A stretch of 64,000 nt of DNA from Sphaerodactylus townsendi (Eukaryota): NCBI RefSeq assembly GCF_021028975.2, contig NC_059433.1, forward strand, positions 87,296,001 through 87,360,000, given 5' to 3'. The position numbers and the translations under genes are program-made. The notes beneath the pieces were generated by a model that worked only from the letters and a program-made list of their open reading frames with translations, was not told the DNA's origin and did not search any database. Numbering within the stretch: the first letter of the stretch is position 1; every line of letters starts with the position of its first letter. This document shows, one piece after another, positions 1-13,500 of this stretch.

Positions 1-1193
1 CTCCCATCTTTAGAAAGAGATGACTTGTAGAATATGTGTAAGTATCAATGAACATCGCTCATTTCCATAACAGATCCATCTATCGCACATGCTAAAATCA
101 CCCTTCTCTGGAGCTTGGAGGTACAACTGGGACCAGCAAGTATTTTTAATGGATGGTGGAAGGAGGCTGCTTTAAATTTATGATAGATGCTGTAGCATGA
201 CTTTTCCCTGGATGTTCGGAGTAATAAAAGTGGCTCTGATCTGATCTGTTTGTCTGCTTACTCCATCTACCAGTGTTATTCCAACAATGTATCCACAGGA
301 GGTAATGATGCATTTCTGTTAATAAAAAAAGGGAGAACCAAACAAGAGGTATTTTTACAAGATTAAAAAAAATACGGCACACAATTAAAATTCCACTTCT
401 AAATAAAAAACAAGCGTCTGTTTTCTTAGCAGCTGGTTTATATCAAACATCTCTTTTAAGGAAGCCATTTCTGATCTCTGGGAATAAAGAAGCCACAGGT
501 TTTTAAAGCATCATACAATCGTAAATACGTAATTTGCATATTCCCCAGCAGACATAGGCAAGCCATCTGCAAGATGAAGCAACAGCCTCCCTCAGCTTGA
601 GGCTGTCCCGATGGTCGCCAAGACATAACAATCTGCATAAAGATGCCTTTCAGCTGCGGCTTGTTTCAGTTGAACATTTTCGGTTTCTCTGGAAGAGGGG
701 TCAGGTCCCAGCAGCCACGGTTTCCCAACAGAGTTTGTGGCTCTCTTTCTTTCTGGTTTGCATTTCACTCGGCAGCTGTTAAAAGGGGGTTGGTGGAGGG
801 GGGGGAGTTCTGCTCTTCCAATACTCTGATTTAACTTAACAGTAAGCAAGATAAAAAATGTGATCTGATTTCAGAGTCTTTTCTTCTCATGTTCGTGGAG
901 CTCTTCTGCTACTTAGCTACTTGCGTGCCTCCATGACAAATAAGCTTGCCAGACATTATTGTAATAATTCAGTTCCATAAAACTGCATTTGGCCAGGGAA
1001 ATCAGCATTTATTGAGAGCCAGTAAATTGTAGATAGTTCTGGAGGGTAACCCTGTTGGTCTGTGGTAGAACAGCTAGATTCAAGTCCAGTAGTACCCTAG
1101 AGACCAGCAAGAATTTCAGGACATAAACTTTCAAGAGTCAAAATTCCTTTTATCAGATTTGAGTCGGAAGGGAGATTTTCAAAGTCTTTCAAA

Positions 1194-1490
1194 GCAGCAG
1201 TGGTGTAGGAGGTTAAGAGCTCGTGTATCTAATCTGGAGGAACCGGGTTTGATTCCCCGCTCTGCCGCCTGAGCTGTGGAGCCTTTTCTGGGGAATTCAG
1301 ATTAGCCTGTACACTCCCACACACGCCAGCTGGGTGACCTTGGGCTAGTCACAGCTTCTCAGAGCTCTCTCAGCCCCACCCACCTCACAGGGTGTTTGTT
1401 GTGAGGGGGGAAGGGCAAGGAGATTGTAAGCCCCGTTGAGTCTCCTGTATGAGAGAAAGGGGGGATATAAATCCAAACTCTTCTTCTTTA
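1194..1490 (+). mobile_element. tRNA-derived squamate SINE (Squam3-like, CORE/MIR-related), near full length
   Basis: A/B-box-like head, CTGGGTGACCTTGGGCTAGTCAC core, ATAAATCCAAACTCTTCTT tail; several homologous copies in window. Confidence 0.8.
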
Positions 1491-2291
1491 TATCCAAATC
1501 AGAAGGTTTGGGGGGGGGGGGGGGGGAGGTTGCAAATGAAACCACCAGGTGCTGCCTACCCAACACTACAGGTAAAGGACTCTACATGGACCCCCAAATA
1601 TCCAAAATGTGACACTAGAGCGCTCCTTAGAATGTTTTTGCTGCCGAACCCAAACTGATGTGATCAAAAAATATAATCTCTCACAACACAACTTCACACA
1701 CACTGAATGCTACGAACAGCCTCAGAAACAACCCAGACGTCATTTATTAAAGAAGCTAACAAAGGAGGACAAATCAGAATATATTCAACTGGAGGACAAT
1801 TCTCCAACACCACTTTCTATAAGCGACCTGCAGTTCTGCCCACCCAAGTCTCTCTGCTAGGTCCCATCTACCAGTCCTGTCCACTACTTTGGCAGAATAT
1901 TTTTAAAATTAAAAAAAATGCACTTCACTGGTCTTTTCCACACAAACAAGATAAGATATCCTGGAATGTTTCAATAAACCCATCTCCTCATTTTCTGTCA
2001 GGTCAGCACGGACCAGAAAAAGCATCAGAAGAGAACAGTGAGTCCCCCCCCCCCCCATCCGCTTTCAGTTTCTCTCTTCTTCACCCCCGCCAATTTCTGC
2101 AAGTTAACTCCTCCATGCCAACGGCCATTTGCAAAGCCTTGGGATGTTTCTTCTGCTGGCATCACTGCTGACTGCCTTTTTAGCTTATAAAGTACATGAT
2201 TCAACTCAGCATTTCCTGCCGATTCCAGCAATATATCATTTTTCTGGTTTTTAAAATTTGATGGAGATGTGATTCTCATATCACGTGTTAG

Positions 2292-2426
2292 AATAGGTGT
2301 CAAACTCGCAGCCCTCCAGATGTTATGGACTACGGTTCCCATCATCCCCTGCCAGCATGATGCTGGCAGGGGATGATGGGAACTGTAGTCCATAACATCT
2401 GGAGGGGCGCGAGTTTGACACCTGTG
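2292..2426. mobile_element. Palindromic hAT-type MITE
   Basis: Near-perfect hairpin, AGGTGTCAAACT termini, TGTTAG on both flanks. Confidence 0.85.
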
Positions 2427-4034
2427 TGTTAGTGTTTTCAAAACACCTCATCGAATTAAAAAAAAAAACCTGGGAAACTACATATTGCCAGAATTAGCAG
2501 GAAATGCTTAGCTGAATCATGTATTCTTAGTTTATAAAGGTGACCTGCAGCAATGTCTGCACAGCAAATGTCCTGCAGCTTAGCAAATATCCAGCAGCAC
2601 AGTAGAGTTAACCGGCTGAAAATGGCGGGCACGAAGAAGAGAGAAACTGAAAGTGAGAGCAGTGTGATTAAGTGGCAGAAATAAGTTGTCTCCTGAGCTC
2701 TGCACAACAAGCAGGAGACAACTTTAAGCCAACTTCAGAAAAAAAAAGATGGCTAGTTTAGCATTTAAAAAAAAAACACCCTGGGTTGAGCTGAAATAAA
2801 ATGTCCTGAGGACATTTTGGAGAAAAAGCTGTGCGGAGTTCCTCCCCAAAACGCTTCTTTTCATGTCCTCAAGATGTTTTATTTGTGCTGTGCAGAAAAG
2901 ATCAGTATTTGAACCTGTCCTACCCTTGCCATTCCACAGAATCCAAAGCAACCATGACAGTTCAGGTTGAGCAGCAACTACTAGACAACTGCTCTCAGTT
3001 CTCTCTGGACACAAACTCAAACATATGTCTTTAAGGGGTTCCCAGTCACTACCACAACATGCTTCCTGTGGGGTTGAAGCAGACTTGAATGTACTGCACA
3101 TTCACATTTTTAAAGTTCTCTCCAGCACTCGCCTTGATGTTCCTTATCCTGCTCTCCATCTGCTTTCCTTTGGAAAGATCTGGTTATAGGTCTTAGTTAA
3201 TTTGATACTTTTTTGTGATATAATTTGGAGACCCTTGATATATTTGCCAACTAACTTACAAGACCTATTCCACCATGAAAGTATTCAGAAGGCCTGGATG
3301 CAATTAATACGCTGACAAAAATGACTTGCAGAAAGAAGCTGTAATTTTGTTAACTCTTTAATCCTGGCACCAGACTAAACACCTCTGTTGAAATGTCTGC
3401 ATTACAACAGCAAGTTGGGACTCGCTTTGGAAAGTCCTTTTATATCTAAAAATGCTGGCATGCACACAAGAATCTGCCTTACCCTGAATCAGAACTTTGG
3501 TCCATTAAAGTCCGTATTGTCTACTACTCAGACGGGCCACAGTTCTCCAAGGTTTCAAGTGGAAGTCTTTCACATGATCTAAACCTGATCCCTTTAGTTG
3601 GAGATGCTTGGGATTGAACCTGGGACCTTCAGTATACCAAGTAGATGCTCTACCACAGAGCCGCAGCCTGTTCCTAGAGTAGTCAAATTCAATTCACTGT
3701 CAATGCATTTTCGCAATCATTTGCATGTGTATGTTGCCATTTCACAGAGTAAAATCCAGTTGTAAAATGCACTGAAAATGGTTTGAACGTGCATTATTCA
3801 TCATGTTTGAAACGCCTTTATGCATCCATTCCCATTGGTTTGTTCTTTAAGTACACATTTTCACCTCTTCAGCAACTGACCCCGATTTCAGTTGCATCAC
3901 TCCCCATGTTTTGTGAATGGTAAAAAACACAACTTTCCCCCCTTCAGTTAGAAGGTGAAGGAAATCCTGGAGCATAATGATTTCCTCAGGCTTTTTGCCT
4001 CCATCCCAACATCTTTCCCCTTTTTCCTCTCAGA

Positions 4035-4332
4035 GGGCCTTTCTTCCCTCACTTCTTCTCTACTCACTGCATTCGCTCTTGCGTGGACTCACCTGGGCCA
4101 AGATCATTTCTGGTGCGGCGCCACTGAGCTCTCCCCACGACCCCGCGCAGAGCGCAGGGTCATCAAAAGGCCCCGTTTTCTCCAGTGCCAGGAATGACGC
4201 GTGCTGAGGGGGCGCAACAGCATCAGCGTCGGGGCGACTGCATTGTTGCCACCCCTGTAGTGGGGAGTGCCGGGGGACCCCGCGCTACTTGGCCCGAGTA
4301 GCGCGCAGCAGAAGGTAAGTGGGGAAAGGCCC
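4035..4332. mobile_element. Non-autonomous DNA transposon with GGGCCTTTC termini (PIF/Harbinger-like)
   Basis: Imperfect terminal inverted repeats, AGA on both flanks, CpG-rich interior. Confidence 0.5.
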
Positions 4333-7300
4333 AGAGTTTACCTCTACTAGGTGATACCTGGAAGTTCTGAGGCAAGGTGGCCTCTCCTGTTACAAATATG
4401 AAACATTTCTGACTTTTCTATTCAATCAAGGGAAAGTGACCTTTTTTTTAATAATACCATGCTGCCAAATGGCTCTTAGCATAGATGCCAAGATCTGAAA
4501 TCGGCCAAACTTGCTTTGTACTGAACTGCTAAACCTCAAATGTGTTCATTGTATTTACTCTATGGCATCATACTCCACTGTCCTCCCCAAATTTCCAGGA
4601 GTTTCCTAATGTGGATCTGGCAACCTAACCTCCCATCCCCTGCCAGTGGTCAGGGGGACCTGCAACCCAAACTAGCATTAATATAATGCTGGGTTTATAG
4701 TGGACTTCCAACTGTTCTGAAATGTTCATGGGAGGTACAGGCCTCACTTAACTGAAGGGCATCAGAGACTCTAACTCTTAGGGGTTTTTTGTCATCCTTA
4801 GAGCGACGCTGTGAGGTATAGGGGATACTACTAATCACCTGTTCCCAAGGTGGGAAGGTAAGAAACTGACATACTTAGTAGCCATCTAATGTGTTGAAGA
4901 TTGAAACTAAGGACCTTTCTAACTCATAGCTTGTTTTGCTATTACGCTAACAAAGATTAACAGAGCCATCAGTACCAAAATCTCTTAACAGATAAAAGTT
5001 GAGGCCTCTCATGCTACAAGATCAAGTGAATCACACCTGAGATACTAGTCTTTCATCAAACACTCAAATACTTTCCTTCTCAACAACCTAAACAAATGGA
5101 AACCTCATTTAAACAGAACCCCCCCAATCCACCGACCATACTAGAATTGGTGTGTGAACAACATCCTGAAATGATTTATGATCTCAGACACTGGAACATT
5201 CAGGAACTGTCACTTTTGAAGAGAATTAGTGCTATCATGACAAAGACACTTCCATTTCATTTGCCTCAGGAGCTACTCTCAGTCTCTCCTTTGGCTTACA
5301 AAGATTAATTGACTACATTGTAAATGGTCTATGCAAATTTACAACCCTGTTAACAAGAGGAAATGGAATTTCCCATCCTGAGCCTATATATCATACATTT
5401 TTGGTTATTCTAGTTGCCAGGTGAAGAAAATTCCCAGTATAGCCTTTTGTTTGAGGCCAATCTCAAAAAACTCCCACCTCACAGATTTTTTCCCTGTTTC
5501 AGCCTCACACAATGAAGTACAGCTTGAGTCTCAAACACAGGGCTGTCTGCATACCTTGGTGTTACAACAATTTTTTTTAAAAGAAGATCCAGATTTCTAT
5601 TTGAACTCACATATTAATATCAACCTTGTTTTAAATAGCAGCAACGTACAAGCCCTGTTTTCAAGTTACAGTGAACACGTGTACAGTTCTTATACAGCGT
5701 ATACTTGAGTTTTTAAAAAATGTTTGTGTTGAGTAATTCTTGTGTTATATTCAATGTCTGTGTGGCTAAATATGCAATTGAAACCCCATAATCATCCAGG
5801 TACTGGTTCCTGGTTTCATGCATAAAATGAATGTGCATTGGCTGTTTCTTACAAAACAGGTATATGCATATACATTCAAAAGAAATATGCATTTACTGTA
5901 ATGTGTGAGCAGGGGTAGAATGGCATAGCCATAGGACAAGGATATGGGAAACCCAGATTCAATCCCACATTCTGCCATGGAAATGCACTGGGTGATTTTA
6001 GATTAGGCTGAGAAAAGATGGCTACTGAGGGTTAAATGGGAGAATGATATTGTAAACTATTTTTGGGCACCCGCTGAAGAGGGAAGCCCGTATAAATATC
6101 GTAATAAATTCCTGAAATTACTGCACAGATAATATAAGGTGTATTACAGAATTTAAGACCAAACTGGGATATCTTTGCATAACTCACCAGTCTGAAATTT
6201 GAATAATTCACCTGTCTGTAATCCTTCTCTGACCCCCAAGAACCAGAATGACAATCCATGCCTCCTCCTATCCTCACCAAAATACCAGCAATGCCAGCAA
6301 AATGTGCATTTTTGGAGTACTGCATTGTCAAGGGAAATTGTCCCTCATTACGCTGAACTAACTACACCAAATCATCATAGGGAGCAATCCCAAGCAAGTC
6401 TACGCAGAAGTTGTTTTACAAAAGGGGAGTTGCTCTTAAGATGGCAACATAGAGAACAGCTCTAGTACCTGCAGTAAGGCTGTCCTCATGCACATTGGTG
6501 GCATGACACAATACGGTTGTAAACATGACACGTCAGTCTGAAGTAGCAGTACACATCTATTTTATTCTTGCCACAGGATGTGTTTGCATTCAAGTAATAA
6601 TCTGGGCCCTTGTCAAAGGTCAGAAGCAGTGCATTGTCTGGCCGTCTTCATTACCACACAAATGTCCATTAGCATGAAAAACATACCCAAACATCTAAGA
6701 CCCAGGGCTGGCCTATCCCATTAGTCCCATTAGTCAAGGTGGGAGCTACAGAAGTGGACAAAGTGCCACAGTCCAGAAAATGTATTTCAAATTATATCGA
6801 GACAAACAGAGAGCTTCTGCTTATGCCCTACTCCCAGCTTCCTTCCTTCTTCCTGATCATCACATAACAGATCCTGTGTGTTGCAGGATATGGCCAAAAT
6901 AAGATAATAGTAAGTTACCCAAGTCTTCTTTGATTTTATAAGTAGAGAGTTGCAATTAACCTCACTGCCAGCTCTTTTTGACTACTGAGTCAATTACATT
7001 CTGATTGCAGGTGGCTATGAAAGCCATATAAGCATTCCCAGTTGAAGGAATCCACAAGCTATGTGATAAAGAGCTTTGGAGCTATTACTGTTGTAGATGC
7101 AAACTGCAAAGCTGAAATCCTGCATTGTTACCATGAGAAAACCTGCCCTATTGTTTGCACCATTAATATTATTTGCATTAGTATTTCAAATAAGTAAGCA
7201 GCATAAAAGCCAAGATCTAAAATATGGTATTATTTTTCCTGTGGGGACATCTTGTGGCCAGTTTCCATATTACTGTGCTGATTAATATTTAAGACTGGAG

Positions 7301-7693
7301 TTAAAAGTATTGCAGCTGCAGTTAATGTGCAGAAGCATCACCTGTTTTGAAACAACCTGAACAGGTTAAGACACCACAGTTGTGTTTCCCCAGGAAACAG
7401 ATGTACTGTGTCAGCGTTAGCACAGGGGTGACAAATGGAAAGTAACGCAGAAGAATAGAATCAATCCTACCTATACAATAGTTAACTAAGAGAATGCCTG
7501 ATTGAACTAGAAATATACAATAACTCTGAGAATGGAATACATTCCAATAATGGACTTCTCTTCCTTTCCCTCGTGTCCCGTTTCTCTCCCCCCGCCCCCA
7601 CTCCCCAGCGCTACTCCAGGAATCAGGGAACCCTTCGAACACCAACATGGATAGTTGGGGAAAAACTATTACACGGCTTTCACACACTTGGTG

Positions 7694-8468
7694 GAAATGC
7701 TTGTGTGTGCGCACACAAGATTTGTCAATTTCTCCTCAGAAATGCTTGTGTGCGCGCACAAGATTTGTCAATTTCTCCTCAGAAATGCTTGTGCGTGCAC
7801 CCATAAGATTTCTGCCAATTTCTCCTCAGAAATGCTTGTGTGTGCACCCATAAGATTTCTGCCAATTTCTCCTCAGAAATGCTTGTGTGTGCGCACACAA
7901 GATTTGTCAATTTCTCCTCAGAAATGCTTGTGTGCGCACACAAGATTTGTCAATTTCTCCTCAGAAATGCTTGTGTGTGCACCCATAAGATTTCTGCCAA
8001 TTTCTCCTCAGAAATGCTTGTGCGTGCCCCCATAAGATTTCGGCCAATTTCTCCTCAGAAATGCTTGTGCGTGCACCCATAAGATTTCTGCCAATTTCTC
8101 CTCAGAAATGCTTGTGCGTGCACCCATAAGATTTTGGCCAATTTCTCCTCAGAAATGCTTGTGTGTGCACCCATAAGATTTCTGCCAATTTCTCCTCAGA
8201 AATGCTTGTGTGTGCACCCATAAGATTTCTGCCAATTTCTCCTCAGAAATGCTTGTGTGTGCCCATAAGATTTCGGCCAATTTCTCCTCAGAAATGCTTG
8301 TGTGTGCGCCCATAAGATTTCGGCCAATTTCTCCTCAGAAATGCTTGTGTGTGCGCCCATAAGATTTCGGCCAATTTCTCCTCAGAAATGCTTGTGTGTG
8401 CGCCCATAAGTTTTCGGCCAATTTCTCCTCAGAAATGCTTGTGTGTGCGCCCATAAGGTTTCTCCTCA
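7694..8468. repeat. Minisatellite (VNTR), about 17 copies of a 43-47 bp unit
   Basis: Unit GAAATGCTTGTGTGTGCACCCATAAGATTTCTGCCAATTTCTCCTCA with variants. Confidence 0.95.
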
Positions 8469-9711
8469 ATCTTCAGCCCCCTGGTCTGCACCCAAAAGAC
8501 ACAGAACCATTAGAAGCAGTTTTTCACGGTGTGGGGTGGAGGGTTCCAGTCAGATTACTAGACCCATCTGACTGTTCATATGACTTTTATTTAATTATAA
8601 GACAGCATCTTTAAATCTGTTTTCTTCCTTGCCCTACAGTATACTTCTCGACGTGACAAAAAAAAGGTGAGTTGGAAAATAACTTCACAGAAATAGCCAT
8701 GTTGGTCTGCAGAAGAGCTAAATTCAAGTCCAGAAGTACCTTAGAGTCCAACAAGGTTTCCAGCATAACTTCTGAGAGCTGAAGCTCCCTTCGCCAGATG
8801 CAAGTACAAGCTGTTGACTCTTAAGCATGATCAAAAAGGTCACTCAGAATCTGAGACTGGCAATTCATTTCCTCGGGGCAGGAGACAATAACCTCAATCC
8901 CAGACATGCCTTGTTGGTTACTACTTAACGTGCCACAGCAGGCAGTAGGTGTCTTCCTCAAACACATCTTTAGAAGGATTAAAAAACACATTAATTTTAT
9001 ACTGTGAGGAAGTTTATTGCTTTCTGAAACTATATGCAGGTGCTTATTGATTGGAACAGTGTACACCCATGTAAAAAAGTCATAATTTCACATTCCCATC
9101 ACAACATACTGTATGATTTAAAAAGGCAAATCGTCCAGCTTTTACCAACAACGCTGAAGACTCGTCTCCAAAGCAGAAAACAATGCAGGCTACATTCAGA
9201 AGAGTGAAGGCCAGCCCTCATTACAATTGGCTTTTAACAGCTTTTAACCACAGAGCATCCCACTCTTACAGCAAGTTCAGACAAAATGCACTGTTTCTGA
9301 ACAGAAAGGGGGAAATGCATGAAAGTGGGTATCGTTTTGTACGTAGCTCGGTCACAAAAAGCAGCAGATTCAAACAGCCCATTTGCTGTACACAGGGGCT
9401 CAAACTAGTTTGCCTCATCGATACACAGCAGTGAGAAAAAGCTAATTTTTATGTGTCTGGTTTCAGCTGCACAAGAAAAGGAGAGCAGTTCCTTCACCAA
9501 GGCAAAACATTTGTCAATTAAAATGAAAGTTTGTCACAAAAAAATTGGCTGCGTGTTTTTGTTGTAAGAATGCACATAAAAATTCTAAGCAACATGGCTT
9601 TTACACTGATGTCACATGGTACAGACAAATTTTCAGTTTACTGTCAAGTCTATTTCAAACTGCATATGGACAAAAGTGAGATATACTTGGGGGGAAGCGT
9701 TGCATCTAGGT

Positions 9712-9859
9712 CAGGGGTCTGCAACCTGTGGGTCTCCAGATGTTCATAGACTACAAATCCCATCAGCACCTGCCAGCATGTCCAATTGGCCATGCTGGCA
9801 GGGGCTGATGGGAATTGTAGTCCATGAACATCTGGAGAGCCACAGGTTGCAGACGCCTG
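9712..9859. mobile_element. Palindromic hAT MITE in POP1 3'UTR
   Basis: CAGG..TGCAACCT TIRs; 8-bp TSD ATCTAGGT/GTCTAGGT. Confidence 0.88.
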
Positions 9860-9926
9860 GTCTAGGTGAAGAAGCCATATGTTTTCACAGAACAGACTCC
9901 TTGGTAGCAGAGAGTTCCAAGCAAAG

Positions 9927-10575
9927 TTAAACTTCAACAGTAAGTCTAGCAAATCTATACTGAAGTGAGGATGGATTTCTTAACAAAACAAGCCCTTTTT
10001 GTTCTTCTGGCTGATCCAGCAACATCTGCAGTAGTCCTGTCAGACTGACAAATCCTAGAGCCTCTCCACAGCCAAAGGCCAACGAGAAATCCCCCTGAGT
10101 GACAAACCCCAAGAGAATTCTGGAACAGTGGGATGTTACATCTGGCAGCGAGTCAGGCCATAAACCCAGAGTTAGATCTTCTTGCTTGGTTACATGCAAG
10201 GCACTTGATGTGCTAACTTGGGCTGCCTGCCCAGTCTTCTCCCTCTTTTTCATCTCCTTTTGCTTTAAAACCTTTTTCTTGAAGACATCACTATGTTTAG
10301 GTTCCTGAGGGCCGCAGAAGTTTTGATCTTTACTGAGCTGAAGCAGATCTTCTTTTGAAGGGATGCAGACCATGGTGTGCAATTCAGGGCTACCTTTTTT
10401 AAGAAGGGTCAAGCAGACCCAGATCAGTGCCCTAGGAAAGCACCGAACAACAGGCAAGACGGCTTCTTCAGACAATTCCTGTTGATCCAACTTGGATGCA
10501 CGGCGCCTGATTCTCCGAGTTTTCACATGCACAGGCTGACACCAGGCTGATACCTGCCGTAATGTTTTCCTGTTC
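9927..10575 (-). CDS. POP1: POP1 last coding exon (exon 16, ...FARLTVEV*)
   Basis: 649 nt to TAA; matches POP1 C-terminus; candidate AATAAA at 9013-9018 (minus). Confidence 0.95.
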
Positions 10576-13500
10576 CTATTGAAAGGATATCACATGTTAG
10601 CTTGTCCTGTAATGCACTGTGCATCCATATTCTATTGCTGAATTTGCCAAGGATGAGTGTATGCACACAAAATAAAAACCAGCAGGATTGTGCAGATCTC
10701 ATTTAGGGCTTAAGTAAAACAACACACTCCACAGGCGAACAGAAAACAGAAGCATTGTCTGTTGAAGTATGTGGGGTGAGAGAGAGAGTTCGTGTTGAGT
10801 GGACCAGTGGAGTGACTTGGAAGGATGGCAGTTAAGATAATCACAGTTGGCTTGCACCCTGAACGAAATCACTTATTTGCAGGGGGAGGGAGGGAAGAAG
10901 AAAGTTATGAAAAGCAACTATATATATTTCTACCTGTCAACAAAATCAACATTATCTGTTGTGTAACACAGATTGTATAACATTCCCAGGCCTGCTTAAG
11001 CAGTAAGCATTCAGTAGAAAGAAATATGGCTGGACCCAGGCTAAGATGATAGAGGGTTATGACACTAAGCAAACCTTCTGCCTTTCTTGTCCTCCCTTTC
11101 CTCTTCTTCTCTTCGATTTCCTGAGTTCTGCCACTCTTCTTCTTTTATCAGGGAAGCTCCTCCCTCTCCTCACATGGCCTCACCCCTGCTTTTCTTTTTT
11201 CCTTTGCCTTTTCCTATTCCTCACAGGCACATGGGGTGTGGCTGCCTAGGCTGACAGGCCACAGTTCAGCAATCGAGCCCAATCCAGTGGGTGTATTATT
11301 GAGGCTGGCTACTTGCTTGGCCTGCTCCTTTCCAGAGCATACCTGCCATGCCACTCTGGTGTCTGCCAGCATGGCCCTTCTACCTGCTGGAGGAGCTGCA
11401 AGTCCTGCATGGAGCTGCCACAAACACCATTCAGCAGTATCAGAAGAATTCATTTAAAGAGCAGTTGCTTTTCTTTACTGGCCCTAATACTGAAACAAAG
11501 GGAGCTTTTGAGAGCCATGGAGTTATGAGAAGTTTGGAAGAAGTTACATTAGGGCTAGAAGTTAGTTTTTGGTTTGATGATGACAACATGGGTTATCCTA
11601 TATGTATATACTAGAATGCTTCTGTCACAACATTAACAAAACTGCAAGAGAAACTGTGAAGAGCTTAGAACCAGGTTTTGTGGCAGCATTAATTGGATAA
11701 TATGGTCATAAAATACAAAACCCCAAAGGCTGAAAAACAAGCCAGGCTCCTAAATTTTGGAGCTTGCTCTGCGAGTCAAAGGGAACACAAGGTCAGGCTC
11801 AAGAGGATACTGTCCCTCAGGGCTCACTTCTATCCCAAGGCAACACAGGCTAGTCTCCATGAACAATTCTTGGGGGCCAGAAGTATATTTCTCCCATGTA
11901 TGTATCGGAGGTATTTATGTACAGTGGAACCTCGGTTTTCACCGGTAATCCATTCGGTGATGCTCAGCGAAAACCAAAACTGGCGAAAACCGAGGCTACA
12001 CCATTTACGCATGTGCTACACAAACAGCACACCAAATTTGCGCAAAAAGTGTACATTTACGCAAATTGCATAGACAAAAACCGAGGTGCCAGAGAAAACC
12101 AAAGGCAAAAAATGGCCAGGGGGGACCGGCAAAAACAGAAAACAACAATATCCAAAGGCAACGATAACTGAGGTTCCACTGTGCTGCTTTTCTCCTCAAT
12201 GGAGATCCAAAACTGTTTACAGCATTATTCTCTCTTCCTCCACATTATCCTCACAGCAGTTCAGTAAGTAAGATTCGACTGTGGCTGTGGCTGGCCCAAG
12301 ATAACCAGCAAGCTTCCACAGTGGAGTGGAGTTTTGAATCCAGGACATTTAGATCCTAGGATCATAGTAGGCCACAGCAAGCCTTCCACAGGATTCGCTA
12401 GTTCTGCATCATCCCCTGCCAGCAGTGTTCTGGCAGGGGATGATGGGAACTGTAGTCCATAACATCTGGAGGGCCGCGAGTTTGACACCTGTGTCCTAGA
12501 CCTTCCACTACACCATGTTGGCCAATAGAACAATTAGGGATTTATTCCACATACCTGAGGACACAAAAGGCATCGTTTGAAGAAGCTTCATCTTTCTTAC
12601 ATAGATCTGTCATGTCAGTCACATCTTCTGTCTGCATGCTGCTTTGGAAGGAGGCATCCATTTCCTTCCTTAACTGGCCTGTTACGGAAGACTCTGGTAC
12701 AAACACTCTGGGGCCACAAGAAGCATCCTTCTCGGCAGCCATGTCCTCAACATCTAGGACGGACGAGTTCTCATCTTCCTGACCAGCTTCATTCCGAACC
12801 TTCCAATCCAGTGTCAGCTGCTCCCAGGGACAGAAAAATGGTGCCAGGGTCCCATGTTTAATGTAATTTGGTCTTTTCGCAGGAGGATGCCTGTGACAAA
12901 AGAATAACATCTCCTGTTTAGAAGCAGTGACAGAATATTCCTGTGCAAATAGATGTTCTTACAAACTTTTATTTGAGCTAAGATTTTTTAAAATTGGAAT
13001 TTCCCCCTAATGATTAGCTGAGAAAAGAAGAACTTTGTCTTAACATATTGCATTTGCATTTAAAGTGTGTTTGGGGCCGCTGCAGAAAGTGTTATTACAG
13101 TTAAAATGTATCTATACTTACAATCAGTTTGTAAGATGCTTTAAATGTAGAAGTTACTTACTAGCTGCATTTATATGGTTTAACACGACCAGGTCATCTA
13201 CAGATCAAAAAGGAGCCTTTTGAAAGATCAAAACAATTCATTTCAGACATTTACCTCTTAAATTTGTCAAGAAGATACCTCTCTTCTTCTCTGGCAAACT
13301 GGACACCCGCAGGACAGTCTGGGTAATCATTGGGAGCATGAGGAGTTCTCTTATACAGAGAATGTTTCAGACTCTCCTGCAAGCCACCCACTCGGGCACC
13401 TCGATAGATCTACAAGGCAATAGCATTCAATCATCTCAGACACTTCTGAACGAGAGGACATACTGAAAGGACGAGAGGACTTCTGAAAGATTTCCACTGT

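Noticed and set aside
1-8600. NIPAL2 3' exons expected by synteny
   Set aside because: No segment matched the NIPAL2 C-terminal sequence I recall, so it was not called.
7647-8614. Repetitive ORFs and CRISPR-like periodicity
   Set aside because: Pure tandem repeat without unique spacers, in a vertebrate with no cas genes; the ORFs are by-products.
11075-11250. Basic-residue-rich minus-strand stretch in POP1 intron 15
   Set aside because: In-frame stop and purine-rich low complexity; exons 15 and 16 already join in phase.
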